A stretch of DNA of 64,000 bases, taken from Betaproteobacteria bacterium (GTDB lineage: Bacteria; Pseudomonadota; Gammaproteobacteria; Burkholderiales; Ga0077523). The notes under the pieces were generated by a model that was given only the letters and a program-made list of their open reading frames with translations, did not search any database and had not been told where the DNA came from. Below are positions 52,975 to 62,226 of the stretch, one piece after another. The translations under genes and the position numbers were made by a program. The stretch spans positions 6,588 to 70,587 of the forward strand of contig JBAXBV010000002.1 in the NCBI GenBank assembly GCA_037141795.1. The letters run 5' to 3'. Position 1 is the first letter of the stretch, and each line of letters starts with the position of its first letter.

Positions 52975-53739
52975 ATGTTAGTGCGCGTACTGGGATGCAG
53001 CGGCGGCATTGGAGGCAATCTCCGCACGACCTCCATGCTCATCGACCAGGACATTCTGGTCGATGCCGGAACTGGCGTAGGGGACCTTAGCCTGGCGGAA
53101 CTGCATCTGATCGATCACGTCTTCCTCAGCCATTCGCATCTCGACCATGTGGCAATGCTGCCTTTTCTCGTCGACACCGTCGGCGGCATGCGGGGCAAGC
53201 CCATCATCGTGCACGCCACCGCGGAAACCCTCGACATATTGCGGGAGCACATCTTCAACTGGAAGATCTGGCCGGATTTTTCCTGTATCCCCAATGCAGA
53301 ACAACCGTTCCTGCGGTTCGAGGAGGTGCGCGTGGGCGAGCCGGTTGATCTCGGTGGACGGTGGATAACGCCGGTGCCTGCCAATCACACCGTGCCTGCA
53401 GTCGGGTTCAGCATCGACAGCGGGGAGGCGAGCCTGGTCTACACCGGCGACACCACCGAATGCGACGAACTCTGGGACGTCGTCAATGCCATCCCGAACC
53501 TGCGGTATGTGATCATCGAAACGGCGTTCCACAACGGAGAGAGCGAACTCGCCCGCGCGTCCAAACACCTCTGGCCCGACAAGCTCGCACAGGAGCTGGG
53601 AAGATTGCGCCGCAAGGCCCGCATCTACATTACCCACCTCAAGCCCGGCGAGGGAGCGGTGACCATGGCAGAGATCGAGGAATGCGCGGAGCCCTTCAAT
53701 CCGCGGATGCTGGCCAATGGGCATGTCTTCAAACTCTAG
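52975..53739 (+). CDS. Class II (metallo-beta-lactamase fold) 3',5'-cyclic nucleotide phosphodiesterase
   Basis: VLGCSGG, DAGTG, SHSHLDH, FNWKIWPDF, HTVP, TGDT, THLKP; 9 bp after the cyclase. Confidence 0.82.
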   Translation: MLVRVLGCSGGIGGNLRTTSMLIDQDILVDAGTGVGDLSLAELHLIDHVFLSHSHLDHVAMLPFLVDTVGGMRGKPIIVHATAETLDILREHIFNWKIWPDFSCIPNAEQPFLRFEEVRVGEPVDLGGRWITPVPANHTVPAVGFSIDSGEASLVYTGDTTECDELWDVVNAIPNLRYVIIETAFHNGESELARASKHLWPDKLAQELGRLRRKARIYITHLKPGEGAVTMAEIEECAEPFNPRMLANGHVFKL

Positions 53740-53796
53740 CCACTCGCCCTCGATCACGAGGCATATGGGTCCCCAGCGGACGCGACCTGATCCTTC

Positions 53797-56184
53797 ATGA
53801 GCGCGGTCATCGACGGCAGAGCCCAGCCTGGGCAGAACCTCGCGGAGATCAGCCGCAAGCTTGAGCTGCAGCGCAAGCTCCAGATCGTCACGAACAAGAT
53901 CCACGCGACTGCGAACGTCGACGAGATCATGCTCGAGGTATCGCAGGAAATCTGCGATCTCTTCGACGCCGACCGGCTCACGATCTACATGGCGTCCGAC
54001 GATCAGACAGCCATTGTCTCCAAGGTCAAGACCGGGCTCGCCTCATTCAAGGATCTCCGGTTGCCGGTCAATGAGCAGAGCGTGGCCGGTTTCGTGGCCA
54101 TGCACAGACGGCTGGTCAACATCCGGGACGTCTATGACGAAGCCGAACTCCGGAAGCTCAGCCCGGTGCTGAGGTTCCTGAAGGAAGTCGACCGACGGAC
54201 CGGTTACCGCACCAAGCAGATGCTCGTGGCGCCGATCATGGGGGCAGGTACGGCGGACCTGGTCGGCGTCATGCAGATCATCAATTCCCGGGGCGCTGAT
54301 TTCTTCGGACCCTCCGCCGAAGAGGGTGCGTTGAATCTGTGCGAGACCCTCGCGATCGCCCTCCGGCAGCGGCAGAAGCAGCCACAGACCCTGCGCGGAA
54401 AGTACGATGCCCTGGTGATGAACGCCGTGCTTTCGGCTGAGGAATTCGAACTCGCGACCCGCTCCGCTCGGCGCAAGGGCGTCGACATCGAGGAAATCCT
54501 CATCGATGAGTTCAATGTCAAGCCAGCGCTGATCGGAGAGGCGGTGGCCGGATTCTTCGGCGTGCGCTACGAGGGCTTCCGCCCGGACAGGATCAAGCCT
54601 GCGGACCTCCTCAGGAACCTCAAGCGCGACTTCGTCGAGAGCAACGGCTGGTTGCCGCTCGAGGAGGGCAGCGAAGGTATCGTCGTGGTGACAACCGATC
54701 CCGAGCGCCTCAAGGCATCGCGGATGGTGAACAACATCTTCCCGCGAGCCAAGGTGGTATACGCCGTCACCACGCTGGCGGAGCTGAAATCGACCATCAA
54801 CCAGTTCTTCAGCGGCGGTCAGGGTGGAGAGGAGCTCAGCACGGATGTGGGCGAGCTGCTCAACAAGCTGGATGATGACGCGGAAACGGACTTGACCAGC
54901 GGGGACGACGTATCCCTCGCACAGGACAACGAGCTGGTCAAGCTCGTCAACAAGATCATCATCGACGCCTACCATCAGGGGGCGTCGGACATTCACATCG
55001 AACCCTCCCCCGGAAAGGGCAAGACCGAAGTCCGATTCCGGCGTGACGGCACTCTGATGCCCTACATCTCGATTCCCGCGTCGTACCGGAATGCGCTGGC
55101 GGCACGCCTGAAGATCATGTGCGACCTCGACATCTCCGAACGGCGCAAGCCTCAGGACGGCAAGATCAGGTTCCGGAAGTTCGGGCCCATCGACATCGAG
55201 CTTCGGGTGGCAACCATTCCCTCCCAGGGCGGAGTGGAAGACATCGTGATGCGGATTCTCGCCGCCGGAGAACCCATCCCTATCGACAAGCTGGGCCTCT
55301 CGGCTCGCAATCTGAAGTCCGTGAAGGAAACCGTCGCGAAGCCCTATGGTCTGTTCTTCGTCTGCGGACCGACCGGTTCCGGCAAGACCACCACGCTTCA
55401 TTCCATTCTGGGTTTCATCAACACGCCGGAAACCAAGATCTGGACCGCCGAGGATCCCGTCGAGATCACCCAGAAGGGCCTCCGCCAGGTGCAGATGAAT
55501 CCGAAGGCCGGCGTCACCTTCGCTTCGGCCATGCGGGCATTCCTGCGGGCGGATCCGGACGTGATCATGGTTGGTGAAATGCGGGACAAGGAAACGACGG
55601 CCATCGGGATCGAGGCTTCCCTCACGGGGCACCTGGTCTTCGCAACCCTGCATACGAACAGCGCCCCCGAATCCATCATCCGGCTGCTCGACATGGGAAT
55701 GGACCCGTTCAATTTTGCCGACGCCCTGCTGGGGGTGCTCGCGCAGCGGCTGGCCAAAAGGCTCTGCGCGAAATGCAAGCAACCCCACACGGCCACGCAG
55801 GAGGAGATGAAGGCACTGCTGGAGGAGTACGCCGTTGAACTCCAGCACACCGAAAACTGGAAGAAAGATCCCAGGGGCTCGATGGAGGAGATCTACCGCG
55901 AGTGGGTGAAACTGTTCGCGCAGGACAAAGGCCAGTTCACCCTCTACACTGCCCTCGGATGCGAAGCGTGCGGCGGGACCGGGTACAAGGGGCGCGTCGG
56001 CCTGCACGAACTCCTGGTGGGCAGCGACACCGTCAAGCGGCACATCCAGGAACACGCTCGCGTGGCGGAGGTTCTGGCCACGGCTCTCAACGAAGGCATG
56101 CGGACCCTGAAACAGGACGGGATCGAGAAGGTGCTGCTGGGCATCACCGACATGAAACAGGTCAGGGCAGTCTGCATCAAGTGA
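53797..56184 (+). CDS. GAF-fused PilB/GspE-family secretion ATPase
   Basis: N-terminal GAF; ASDIHIEP, PQDG, GPTGSGKT, EDPVE, DPDVIMVGEMRD, GHLVFATLHTN, CxxC...CxxC. Confidence 0.93.
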   Translation: MSAVIDGRAQPGQNLAEISRKLELQRKLQIVTNKIHATANVDEIMLEVSQEICDLFDADRLTIYMASDDQTAIVSKVKTGLASFKDLRLPVNEQSVAGFVAMHRRLVNIRDVYDEAELRKLSPVLRFLKEVDRRTGYRTKQMLVAPIMGAGTADLVGVMQIINSRGADFFGPSAEEGALNLCETLAIALRQRQKQPQTLRGKYDALVMNAVLSAEEFELATRSARRKGVDIEEILIDEFNVKPALIGEAVAGFFGVRYEGFRPDRIKPADLLRNLKRDFVESNGWLPLEEGSEGIVVVTTDPERLKASRMVNNIFPRAKVVYAVTTLAELKSTINQFFSGGQGGEELSTDVGELLNKLDDDAETDLTSGDDVSLAQDNELVKLVNKIIIDAYHQGASDIHIEPSPGKGKTEVRFRRDGTLMPYISIPASYRNALAARLKIMCDLDISERRKPQDGKIRFRKFGPIDIELRVATIPSQGGVEDIVMRILAAGEPIPIDKLGLSARNLKSVKETVAKPYGLFFVCGPTGSGKTTTLHSILGFINTPETKIWTAEDPVEITQKGLRQVQMNPKAGVTFASAMRAFLRADPDVIMVGEMRDKETTAIGIEASLTGHLVFATLHTNSAPESIIRLLDMGMDPFNFADALLGVLAQRLAKRLCAKCKQPHTATQEEMKALLEEYAVELQHTENWKKDPRGSMEEIYREWVKLFAQDKGQFTLYTALGCEACGGTGYKGRVGLHELLVGSDTVKRHIQEHARVAEVLATALNEGMRTLKQDGIEKVLLGITDMKQVRAVCIK

Positions 56185-56222
56185 CGATGGACGCCCCGAC
56201 AGCCACCACCCGGAGTTCACCG

Positions 56223-57890
56223 ATGACGCACCCTGCCGACGGTTCCCAGACCGACACGGCCGCCACGAACCTCCTGCTGAGGCTCGAGGAACTCAACGAC
56301 ATCGGCATCGCGTTGTCCCGGGAACGGAACATCTCCCGCCTGCTCGAGACCATTCTTCTCGCCGCCAAGAAGATCACCAATGCCGAAGGCGGCACCCTCT
56401 ACCGGCGGCACTCTGCCCAGGAAGATCAGCTGCACTTCGAAATCATCCGCAATGATGCGCTCGGTATCGCGATGGGGGGCACCACGGGGTACGACATTCC
56501 ATTCGAGCCAATCGCCCTGCGCAACGCGGCGGGCGAGGAAAACACCTCCATGGTGGTGGCCTTCAGCGTACTGAGGGACATGACCGTCAACATCGCCGAT
56601 GCCTACACGGAAGAGGGCTTCGATTTTTCCGGAACCAAGAGGTTCGACAGCAGGACGGGATACCGGTCCTGTTCGTTCCTGACGGTGCCGATGAAGAACC
56701 ACGAGAACGAGATCATCGGCGTCCTGCAACTCATCAACGCGAAAGATCGCCAGACCGGGGAGATCGTGGCGTTCAGTACAGCAGACCAGCAGCTTGCGGA
56801 ATCCCTTGCCTCCCAGGCTGCGGTCGCCCTGACGAACCGTCAACTCATCTCCCAACTCGAGGCGCTGTTCGAATCGTTCATCAATGTCATCAACGAGGCG
56901 ATCGACGACAAGTCCCCCTACACCGGCGGACACTGCGAGCGCGTGCCGTCTCTCACCATGATGCTCGCCGAAGCCGCACACAAGGCGGACACAGGTCCTC
57001 TGGCGAGCTGGCAAATGACGGAAAAGGACCGCTACGAGCTCAAGATCGCCGGCCTCCTGCACGACTGCGGCAAGGTGACCACTCCCGTTCACGTGGTGGA
57101 CAAGGCCACCAAGCTGGAGACCATCTTCGACCGAATCGCACTCGTGGATACCCGGTTCGAGGTGATCCGCCGGGATGCCGAGATCGCGATGCTGCGGGAG
57201 AGACTGGCTGCGGCTACGGTGGGCCCACCCGCCCTGGACAGTGGGGCGGAAAAGACCTTCCGGGAACGCCTCGCGCAGATCGATGCGGACCAGGCCTTTC
57301 TTCGACAGGCCAACATCGGTTCCGAGGCCATGCAGGCGGACGACCAGCAGCGGGTTGCCGAAATCTCGCGGCGCTATCGCTGGCGCAGCGCGGGGGGGAC
57401 CGAGACGGACTTCCTCAGCGCCGACGAACTGCAGAATCTCACGATCCGTGCGGGAACGCTCACCGCCGAGGAACGGTTGGTGATCAACCACCACATCGAC
57501 GTCACCATCAAGATGCTGGAGGCCCTGCCATGGCCACGACACCTCGAGAATGTGCCGGAGTTCGCGGGGGGTCACCACGAACGGATGGACGGCAAGGGCT
57601 ACCCTCGCGGGCTGTCGAGGGATCAGATGTCGGTCCAGGCCAGGATCATGGGGATCGCCGATATCTTCGAGGCGCTGACTGCGAAGGATCGCCCCTACAA
57701 GAAGGGCAAGACCCTGACGGAATCCCTGGCCATCCTTGGCCGGTTCAGGCAGAACGGTCACATAGATCCCGACCTCTTCGACATCTTTGTCCGTGAGCGG
57801 ATCTACCTCCGGTACGCAAGGGAATTCCTCGATCCCGCCCAGATCGACGAAGTTGACGTTAGTCGTATCCCCGGATACTCCGGAGACTGA
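56223..57890 (+). CDS. GAF + HD-GYP phosphodiesterase
   Basis: GAF, YTGGHCERV, HDCGK, HHERMDGKGYP, ADIFEALT..DRPYK; GGAG RBS (alternative start 56187). Confidence 0.92.
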   Translation: MTHPADGSQTDTAATNLLLRLEELNDIGIALSRERNISRLLETILLAAKKITNAEGGTLYRRHSAQEDQLHFEIIRNDALGIAMGGTTGYDIPFEPIALRNAAGEENTSMVVAFSVLRDMTVNIADAYTEEGFDFSGTKRFDSRTGYRSCSFLTVPMKNHENEIIGVLQLINAKDRQTGEIVAFSTADQQLAESLASQAAVALTNRQLISQLEALFESFINVINEAIDDKSPYTGGHCERVPSLTMMLAEAAHKADTGPLASWQMTEKDRYELKIAGLLHDCGKVTTPVHVVDKATKLETIFDRIALVDTRFEVIRRDAEIAMLRERLAAATVGPPALDSGAEKTFRERLAQIDADQAFLRQANIGSEAMQADDQQRVAEISRRYRWRSAGGTETDFLSADELQNLTIRAGTLTAEERLVINHHIDVTIKMLEALPWPRHLENVPEFAGGHHERMDGKGYPRGLSRDQMSVQARIMGIADIFEALTAKDRPYKKGKTLTESLAILGRFRQNGHIDPDLFDIFVRERIYLRYAREFLDPAQIDEVDVSRIPGYSGD

Positions 57891-58093
57891 CGGATTCCGT
57901 CAGGAACGGACTGCGACGGCATCCGAGCGTCGGCAGAGACCGCAACGCCTGGATACCGGGATCGCGATCCGTCTCTGCCTTATGGCTGAAAGTGGAATCA
58001 AGATGGACTTTCAGGGTGCACTCCGGACGCTGTGTGTCAGTCCGCATGCGCGAGCACGCGCTGTTTCTGGAGTCCACTACACCGGGTAGCCGC

Positions 58094-58109
58094 TGGCACA
58101 TCGTTTGCC
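58094..58109 (+). promoter_or_regulatory. Sigma54 (-24/-12) promoter of the pilin genes
   Basis: TGGCAC-ATCGT-TTGC with exact GG-N10-GC spacing, 60 bp before the pilin start. Confidence 0.85.
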
Positions 58110-58168
58110 TCTAGTCCCTTCGCACACCCCCGATCGTGTGTTACCCAACCGCCAACAGGAGTACTTCC

Positions 58169-58603
58169 GTGAAACAGATCCAGAAAGGCTTTACCCTGAT
58201 CGAACTGATGATTGTGGTCGCGATCATCGGCATTCTCGCCGCCGTCGCACTGCCGGCCTACCAGGACTACACCGTCAAGGCGAAGGTCCAGGAAGGCGTC
58301 AGCCTCTCCGACCCCGCCCGGGTGGCGGTCGCTTCGGCCTGCTCCGAGGCCTCCCTGGGTTCCAGCTCCACCAACTCGACCCTCGGCCTGCCCGCCGCAG
58401 CCAACATCAGCGGCCAGTACGTCAACAGCGTCACCGCCGCGGGCGCCTCCACGTCGGCGGGTTCCGTCACCGTGTCCATGAAGGCCATCGGCTCCCAGGT
58501 CACGAACAACGACACCATCATCTGGAACGCGACCTGCGCCGAAGGTGGTACCCGCTGGGCTGTGACCGGTTCCATCGCCGCCAAGTACTATCCGAAGACC
58601 TGA
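58169..58603 (+). CDS. pilA: Type IVa major pilin, copy 1
   Basis: GTG start after AGGAG; [33 protein letters not shown]; 144 aa. Confidence 0.95.
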   Translation: MKQIQKGFTLIELMIVVAIIGILAAVALPAYQDYTVKAKVQEGVSLSDPARVAVASACSEASLGSSSTNSTLGLPAAANISGQYVNSVTAAGASTSAGSVTVSMKAIGSQVTNNDTIIWNATCAEGGTRWAVTGSIAAKYYPKT

Positions 58604-59106
58604 TCCTGAGATCTGCCGGGGGGCGCCGCTGTTCTCAGCGAATAACCAGGCTGAAAGCCCCCCCCCTCTTCCAAGGCATGATTCATGAAAAATCTTCAAA
58701 AAGGCTTTACCCTGATCGAACTGATGATCGTCGTGGCGATCATCGGCATCCTTGCCGCCGTCGCACTGCCGGCCTACCAGGACTACACGGTCAAATCGAA
58801 GGTCACGGAGGGCGTCAGCCTGTCGGCGCCCGCTCGCAAATCGGTGGCAGTTGCCTGCTCCGAGGCGTCGCTGGGTGCGAGTTCCACCAACTCGACCCTC
58901 GGCCTGCCCGCCGCAGCCAACATCAGCGGCCAGTACGTCAACAGCGTCACCGCCGCGGGCGCCTCCACGTCGGCGGGTTCCGTCACCGTGTCCATGAAGG
59001 CCATCGGCTCCCAGGTCACGAACAACGACACCATCATCTGGAACGCGACCTGCGCCGAAGGTGGTACCCGCTGGGCTGTGACCGGTTCCATCGCCGCCAA
59101 GTACTA
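58367..59106 (+). repeat. 224-bp perfect direct repeat within the two pilins (58367-58590 = 58883-59106)
   Basis: Base-by-base comparison at offset 516; flanks differ at synonymous sites. Confidence 0.93.
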
Positions 59107-59119
59107 CCCCAAGACCTGA
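58685..59119 (+). CDS. pilA: Type IVa major pilin, copy 2
   Basis: [17 protein letters not shown]...; 144 aa; 7 substitutions versus copy 1 in the mature protein. Confidence 0.95.
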   Translation: MKNLQKGFTLIELMIVVAIIGILAAVALPAYQDYTVKSKVTEGVSLSAPARKSVAVACSEASLGASSTNSTLGLPAAANISGQYVNSVTAAGASTSAGSVTVSMKAIGSQVTNNDTIIWNATCAEGGTRWAVTGSIAAKYYPKT

Positions 59120-59147
59120 TCCCCAAATCTGTCGAGGGCGCTACCCG

Positions 59148-59188
59148 ATGTCGGGCAGGTCCGTTGTGGCCTGTTCGACATTTTTTTT
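59148..59188 (+). terminator. Rho-independent terminator after the pilin pair
   Basis: ATGTCGGGCAGG...CCTGTTCGACAT stem (two G-U pairs) followed by a T8 run. Confidence 0.85.
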
Positions 59189-59396
59189 GGCCAAGGCCGG
59201 GACCACACGATAAACCTGAGCGGCAGAGAACGGCCCTTGTTCCGCTTCGTCCGTGGCGGATTGTGTTTCCGCGGTCTGCGGAGGACATTCAGCCGCCGCC
59301 TCGGGCGACCAACCCGGTCAAGGGAAGCACGACCTCTCGGGCGGACAACTCAGACCCCGGGACAGATCCCGGTGATGGCAATGGCACTTTCGCGCA

Positions 59397-62099
59397 TCAG
59401 ATGGATGCGTACATTTCCCGGTAAGCGTCTTCAAGTTGGCGCGTGAACCTGCGGTGATCCGTCAGCACCGTGGCCATCATGCGACCCCGCAACACACCGC
59501 GCCACTGGCCAAGACGCGCCGGATCCCGCGCAAGACTTACCGCCTGCGCCACATAGTCGGGGCCCGAATGCGCAACGAGTTCCCCCGCGCCGACGCATTC
59601 GAGCAGGCTCACCCCGACCCGGGATGCGTGACGATCACCCGCCAGGGTGATGACGGGCACGCCCATCCAGAGGGAATCGCAGGTGGTGGTCGTGCCGTGG
59701 TAGGGATAGCTGTCCAGGGCGATGTCGATCTTGCCGAAGCTCGCGAAATGGTCCATCAGGTCCGGGAGAATCCCCGACAGCGTCACGCGCGAAAGATCGC
59801 AACCCGCCTTCTCGAGGCGCTCCCGCACACGCTCCTGAACCGCGGAATCCCGAAGCGCGTGGGTCTTCATCACCAGGCGCGCCGTGGGCAGATCGCGCAG
59901 AATCTGCCCCCACAGGCCAAGCAGTTCGTCGCTGACCTTGGCGAAGTTGTTGTAGGCCCCGAAGGTCACGAAGCCGGCCTCGAGGCTCGGCGCAGGAGAG
60001 ACCGCGGGGGCGCTGAGAGGCGGGCGATAGGACAGGAAAACCTCGGGCATGCGGAAGAGCCGTTCCGTGTGGTGCGCATCGGCCGCTGGCACAGGGTCGG
60101 CACGGGCGTCGGTGACGCGCCAGTCCATGGCCTCGAGCCCTGTGGTGTTCGGATATCCGAGCCAGGTGACCTGAACGGGCGCAACCCGCCTCGCGAGCAC
60201 GGGCAGGCGATTGCGACCGGTGTGCCCCGCCAGGTCGACAACGATGTCCAGTTGGTCGGCAAGCATGAGGGCTTCCGTCTGATCATCATCCAGTTCGGCG
60301 ATTTCCCTCCAGAGGGAAGACTGGGCACGAATGCGTCGCGTGACGTCATCGACCTTGTGCTCGTTGTAATAGCAGATGATCTCGAACCGGTCGCGATCGT
60401 GACTCTCGAGGACCGGCTCGAAGAAGAACGAGACGACGTGGAAACGGAAATCCGGAGATACATAACCGATGCGCAGGCGATCCTTCGGGGACTTGCGCCG
60501 GAGGCTCGTGGCGGCACGCCGGGGGATGAAGTGGCTGCCGAAGCGCCTGTGGGCGTCGCTCAGGCTCTGCGGCGTCTCGGCCGAACTGTAGTTCAGCGTC
60601 ATCAGGAGGTTGCTCCAGGCATTTGCATGGTCCGGCTTCCGGGCGATGATGCGCTGGCTTGCTTCCAGGGATTCCCCGATCCGGCCCTGCTGATAGAGGA
60701 GTACGGCAAGATTCACCAGGGGTTCAACGCTGTCCGGCATGATCTCGAGGGCACGCAGGGTGCTGGCCTCGGCCTCCGCGAGACGCCCCTGCAGGAGATA
60801 GAACGTGCCCTGCGACAGGAGGGCTTCGTGGAACCCGGGCCTGAGTTCGATCGCCCGCGCAAAGGCGACCTCCGCAGCGTCGGAGTGCCCTAGGTGCAGC
60901 CGTGCAACACCGAGGTTGAGATGCGCCTCCGGCAATTCCGGCGCCACCTCGACCGCCCGCTCCAGCACCCGCGCACCCTCCTCGATACGGCCAGTTTCCT
61001 GAAGCAACTTGCCATAGTTGACCCAGGCAGCGCCAAAGGTAGGCCGGAGGTCGATCGCACGCCGCAACTCCACCTCGGATTCCGCCAACGATCCGGCGAC
61101 CCGTAGAAGGTTCGCCAGATCGAAATGCGTGGTCGCGTCTTGCGGATCCTGCACCAGGGCTTCGTGCAACTCCCGCTCAGCCGCGGCAAGGTCGCCCGCC
61201 TCTTCCAGGGACCGCGCCAGATGGCGTCGCGCCGCAGTGCTCGCGGGATCCACTTCGAGAGCATGACGGAAGACCTCCATCGCGTCCTGCCGCCTGCCCT
61301 GCTCGCGCACGGCGACGCCCAGGTTGATCCAGGCCTCCCGGAGGCGGGGTTCGATCGCGACCGCACGTCGCGACAGCGCCTCGGCTTCAGGGTGGCGCTC
61401 GGCATCCACGAGCATCCCGGCCAGATTGGCCATGGCGACCACGTTGTCGGCGTCCCTTTCCAGGATTGTCCGATAGCAGGTTTCGGCGCGAACCAGGTCT
61501 CCGCCCTGTTTTGCGACAGCAGCTACGCCCAAGAGGCTGGCAATTGACTGACTCCTGGCGAGGGCCGTGCCAAAAGCCTCCTCCGCGCCTTCCAGGTCTT
61601 TCGATTCCATCAGCAACTCGCCGAGGCTCTGCCAGGCTGCGGCGAGCTCTGGGTCGAGTTCCGTCGCGCGCCGGCAGGCCGCGATGGCCGTGGCCGTCTC
61701 GCCCAGGGCGCTGCGGGTTCGGCCGAGTTCGTGCCACCAGACGGCCTCGTCCGGAGACAGGTGAACGGCCTGCTCGAAAGCCGCAAGGGCGTCCGGTAAC
61801 CTTCCCAGCGCACGCAGGGCTTCCCCACGCGAGAAGTGGAAGGTTCCGATGCTGGAATCGGCGCCAATGGCGCGGTCGAAGCGCGACACCGCACGGTCCA
61901 GGGATCCCGCCCTGAGGTCGAGCACACCAAGGAGATAACTCGCGTCCGCGTGTCTGGCGTCCTGTGCCAGGACCATCTCGTAGGCGGCGCGTGCCTGCTC
62001 CAGGTCGCCGCGCCCCTGCGCCTCGAATCCCTCCGCCACCAGTTCGGAGACCGACTTTCCCGGGGACGGTTTGCGCGAGAACCAGTTCATCAGGCCCAT
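59397..62099 (-). CDS. TPR-repeat GT41 glycosyltransferase (SPINDLY/OGT-like)
   Basis: Long TPR array; LRIGYVSPDF..H, DLAGHT, PVQVTWLGYPNTTG, NNFAK, YHGTTTTCDSLWMGVPV. Confidence 0.92.
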   Translation of the reverse strand: MGLMNWFSRKPSPGKSVSELVAEGFEAQGRGDLEQARAAYEMVLAQDARHADASYLLGVLDLRAGSLDRAVSRFDRAIGADSSIGTFHFSRGEALRALGRLPDALAAFEQAVHLSPDEAVWWHELGRTRSALGETATAIAACRRATELDPELAAAWQSLGELLMESKDLEGAEEAFGTALARSQSIASLLGVAAVAKQGGDLVRAETCYRTILERDADNVVAMANLAGMLVDAERHPEAEALSRRAVAIEPRLREAWINLGVAVREQGRRQDAMEVFRHALEVDPASTAARRHLARSLEEAGDLAAAERELHEALVQDPQDATTHFDLANLLRVAGSLAESEVELRRAIDLRPTFGAAWVNYGKLLQETGRIEEGARVLERAVEVAPELPEAHLNLGVARLHLGHSDAAEVAFARAIELRPGFHEALLSQGTFYLLQGRLAEAEASTLRALEIMPDSVEPLVNLAVLLYQQGRIGESLEASQRIIARKPDHANAWSNLLMTLNYSSAETPQSLSDAHRRFGSHFIPRRAATSLRRKSPKDRLRIGYVSPDFRFHVVSFFFEPVLESHDRDRFEIICYYNEHKVDDVTRRIRAQSSLWREIAELDDDQTEALMLADQLDIVVDLAGHTGRNRLPVLARRVAPVQVTWLGYPNTTGLEAMDWRVTDARADPVPAADAHHTERLFRMPEVFLSYRPPLSAPAVSPAPSLEAGFVTFGAYNNFAKVSDELLGLWGQILRDLPTARLVMKTHALRDSAVQERVRERLEKAGCDLSRVTLSGILPDLMDHFASFGKIDIALDSYPYHGTTTTCDSLWMGVPVITLAGDRHASRVGVSLLECVGAGELVAHSGPDYVAQAVSLARDPARLGQWRGVLRGRMMATVLTDHRRFTRQLEDAYREMYASI

Positions 62100-62226
62100 G
62101 ATGCCCCAGCGCCACCGGCGCTCTCCATGCGATTCGGCTTGTTGAAGGAACGGACGAGGGGGCGGTCAGCCGGGAGCAACCCTGCTAGCGCCGGGTGACG
62201 CCGGCGGGCCGGACACAGGGCGCGCG

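Noticed and set aside
54043-57761. Long minus-strand ORFs (725 and 514 aa)
   Set aside because: Antisense shadows expected from high GC3 codon usage; the same applies to 6822-8330, 15102-16433, 17244-18758 and 59436-60893.
58267-59100. Two near-identical 105-aa minus-strand ORFs
   Set aside because: Antisense of the duplicated pilins.
58169-59119. Pilin pair as a DGR template/variable repeat or Neisseria-style silent cassette
   Set aside because: Differences are not adenine-specific, no reverse transcriptase is in the window, and both copies are full-length with intact leaders.
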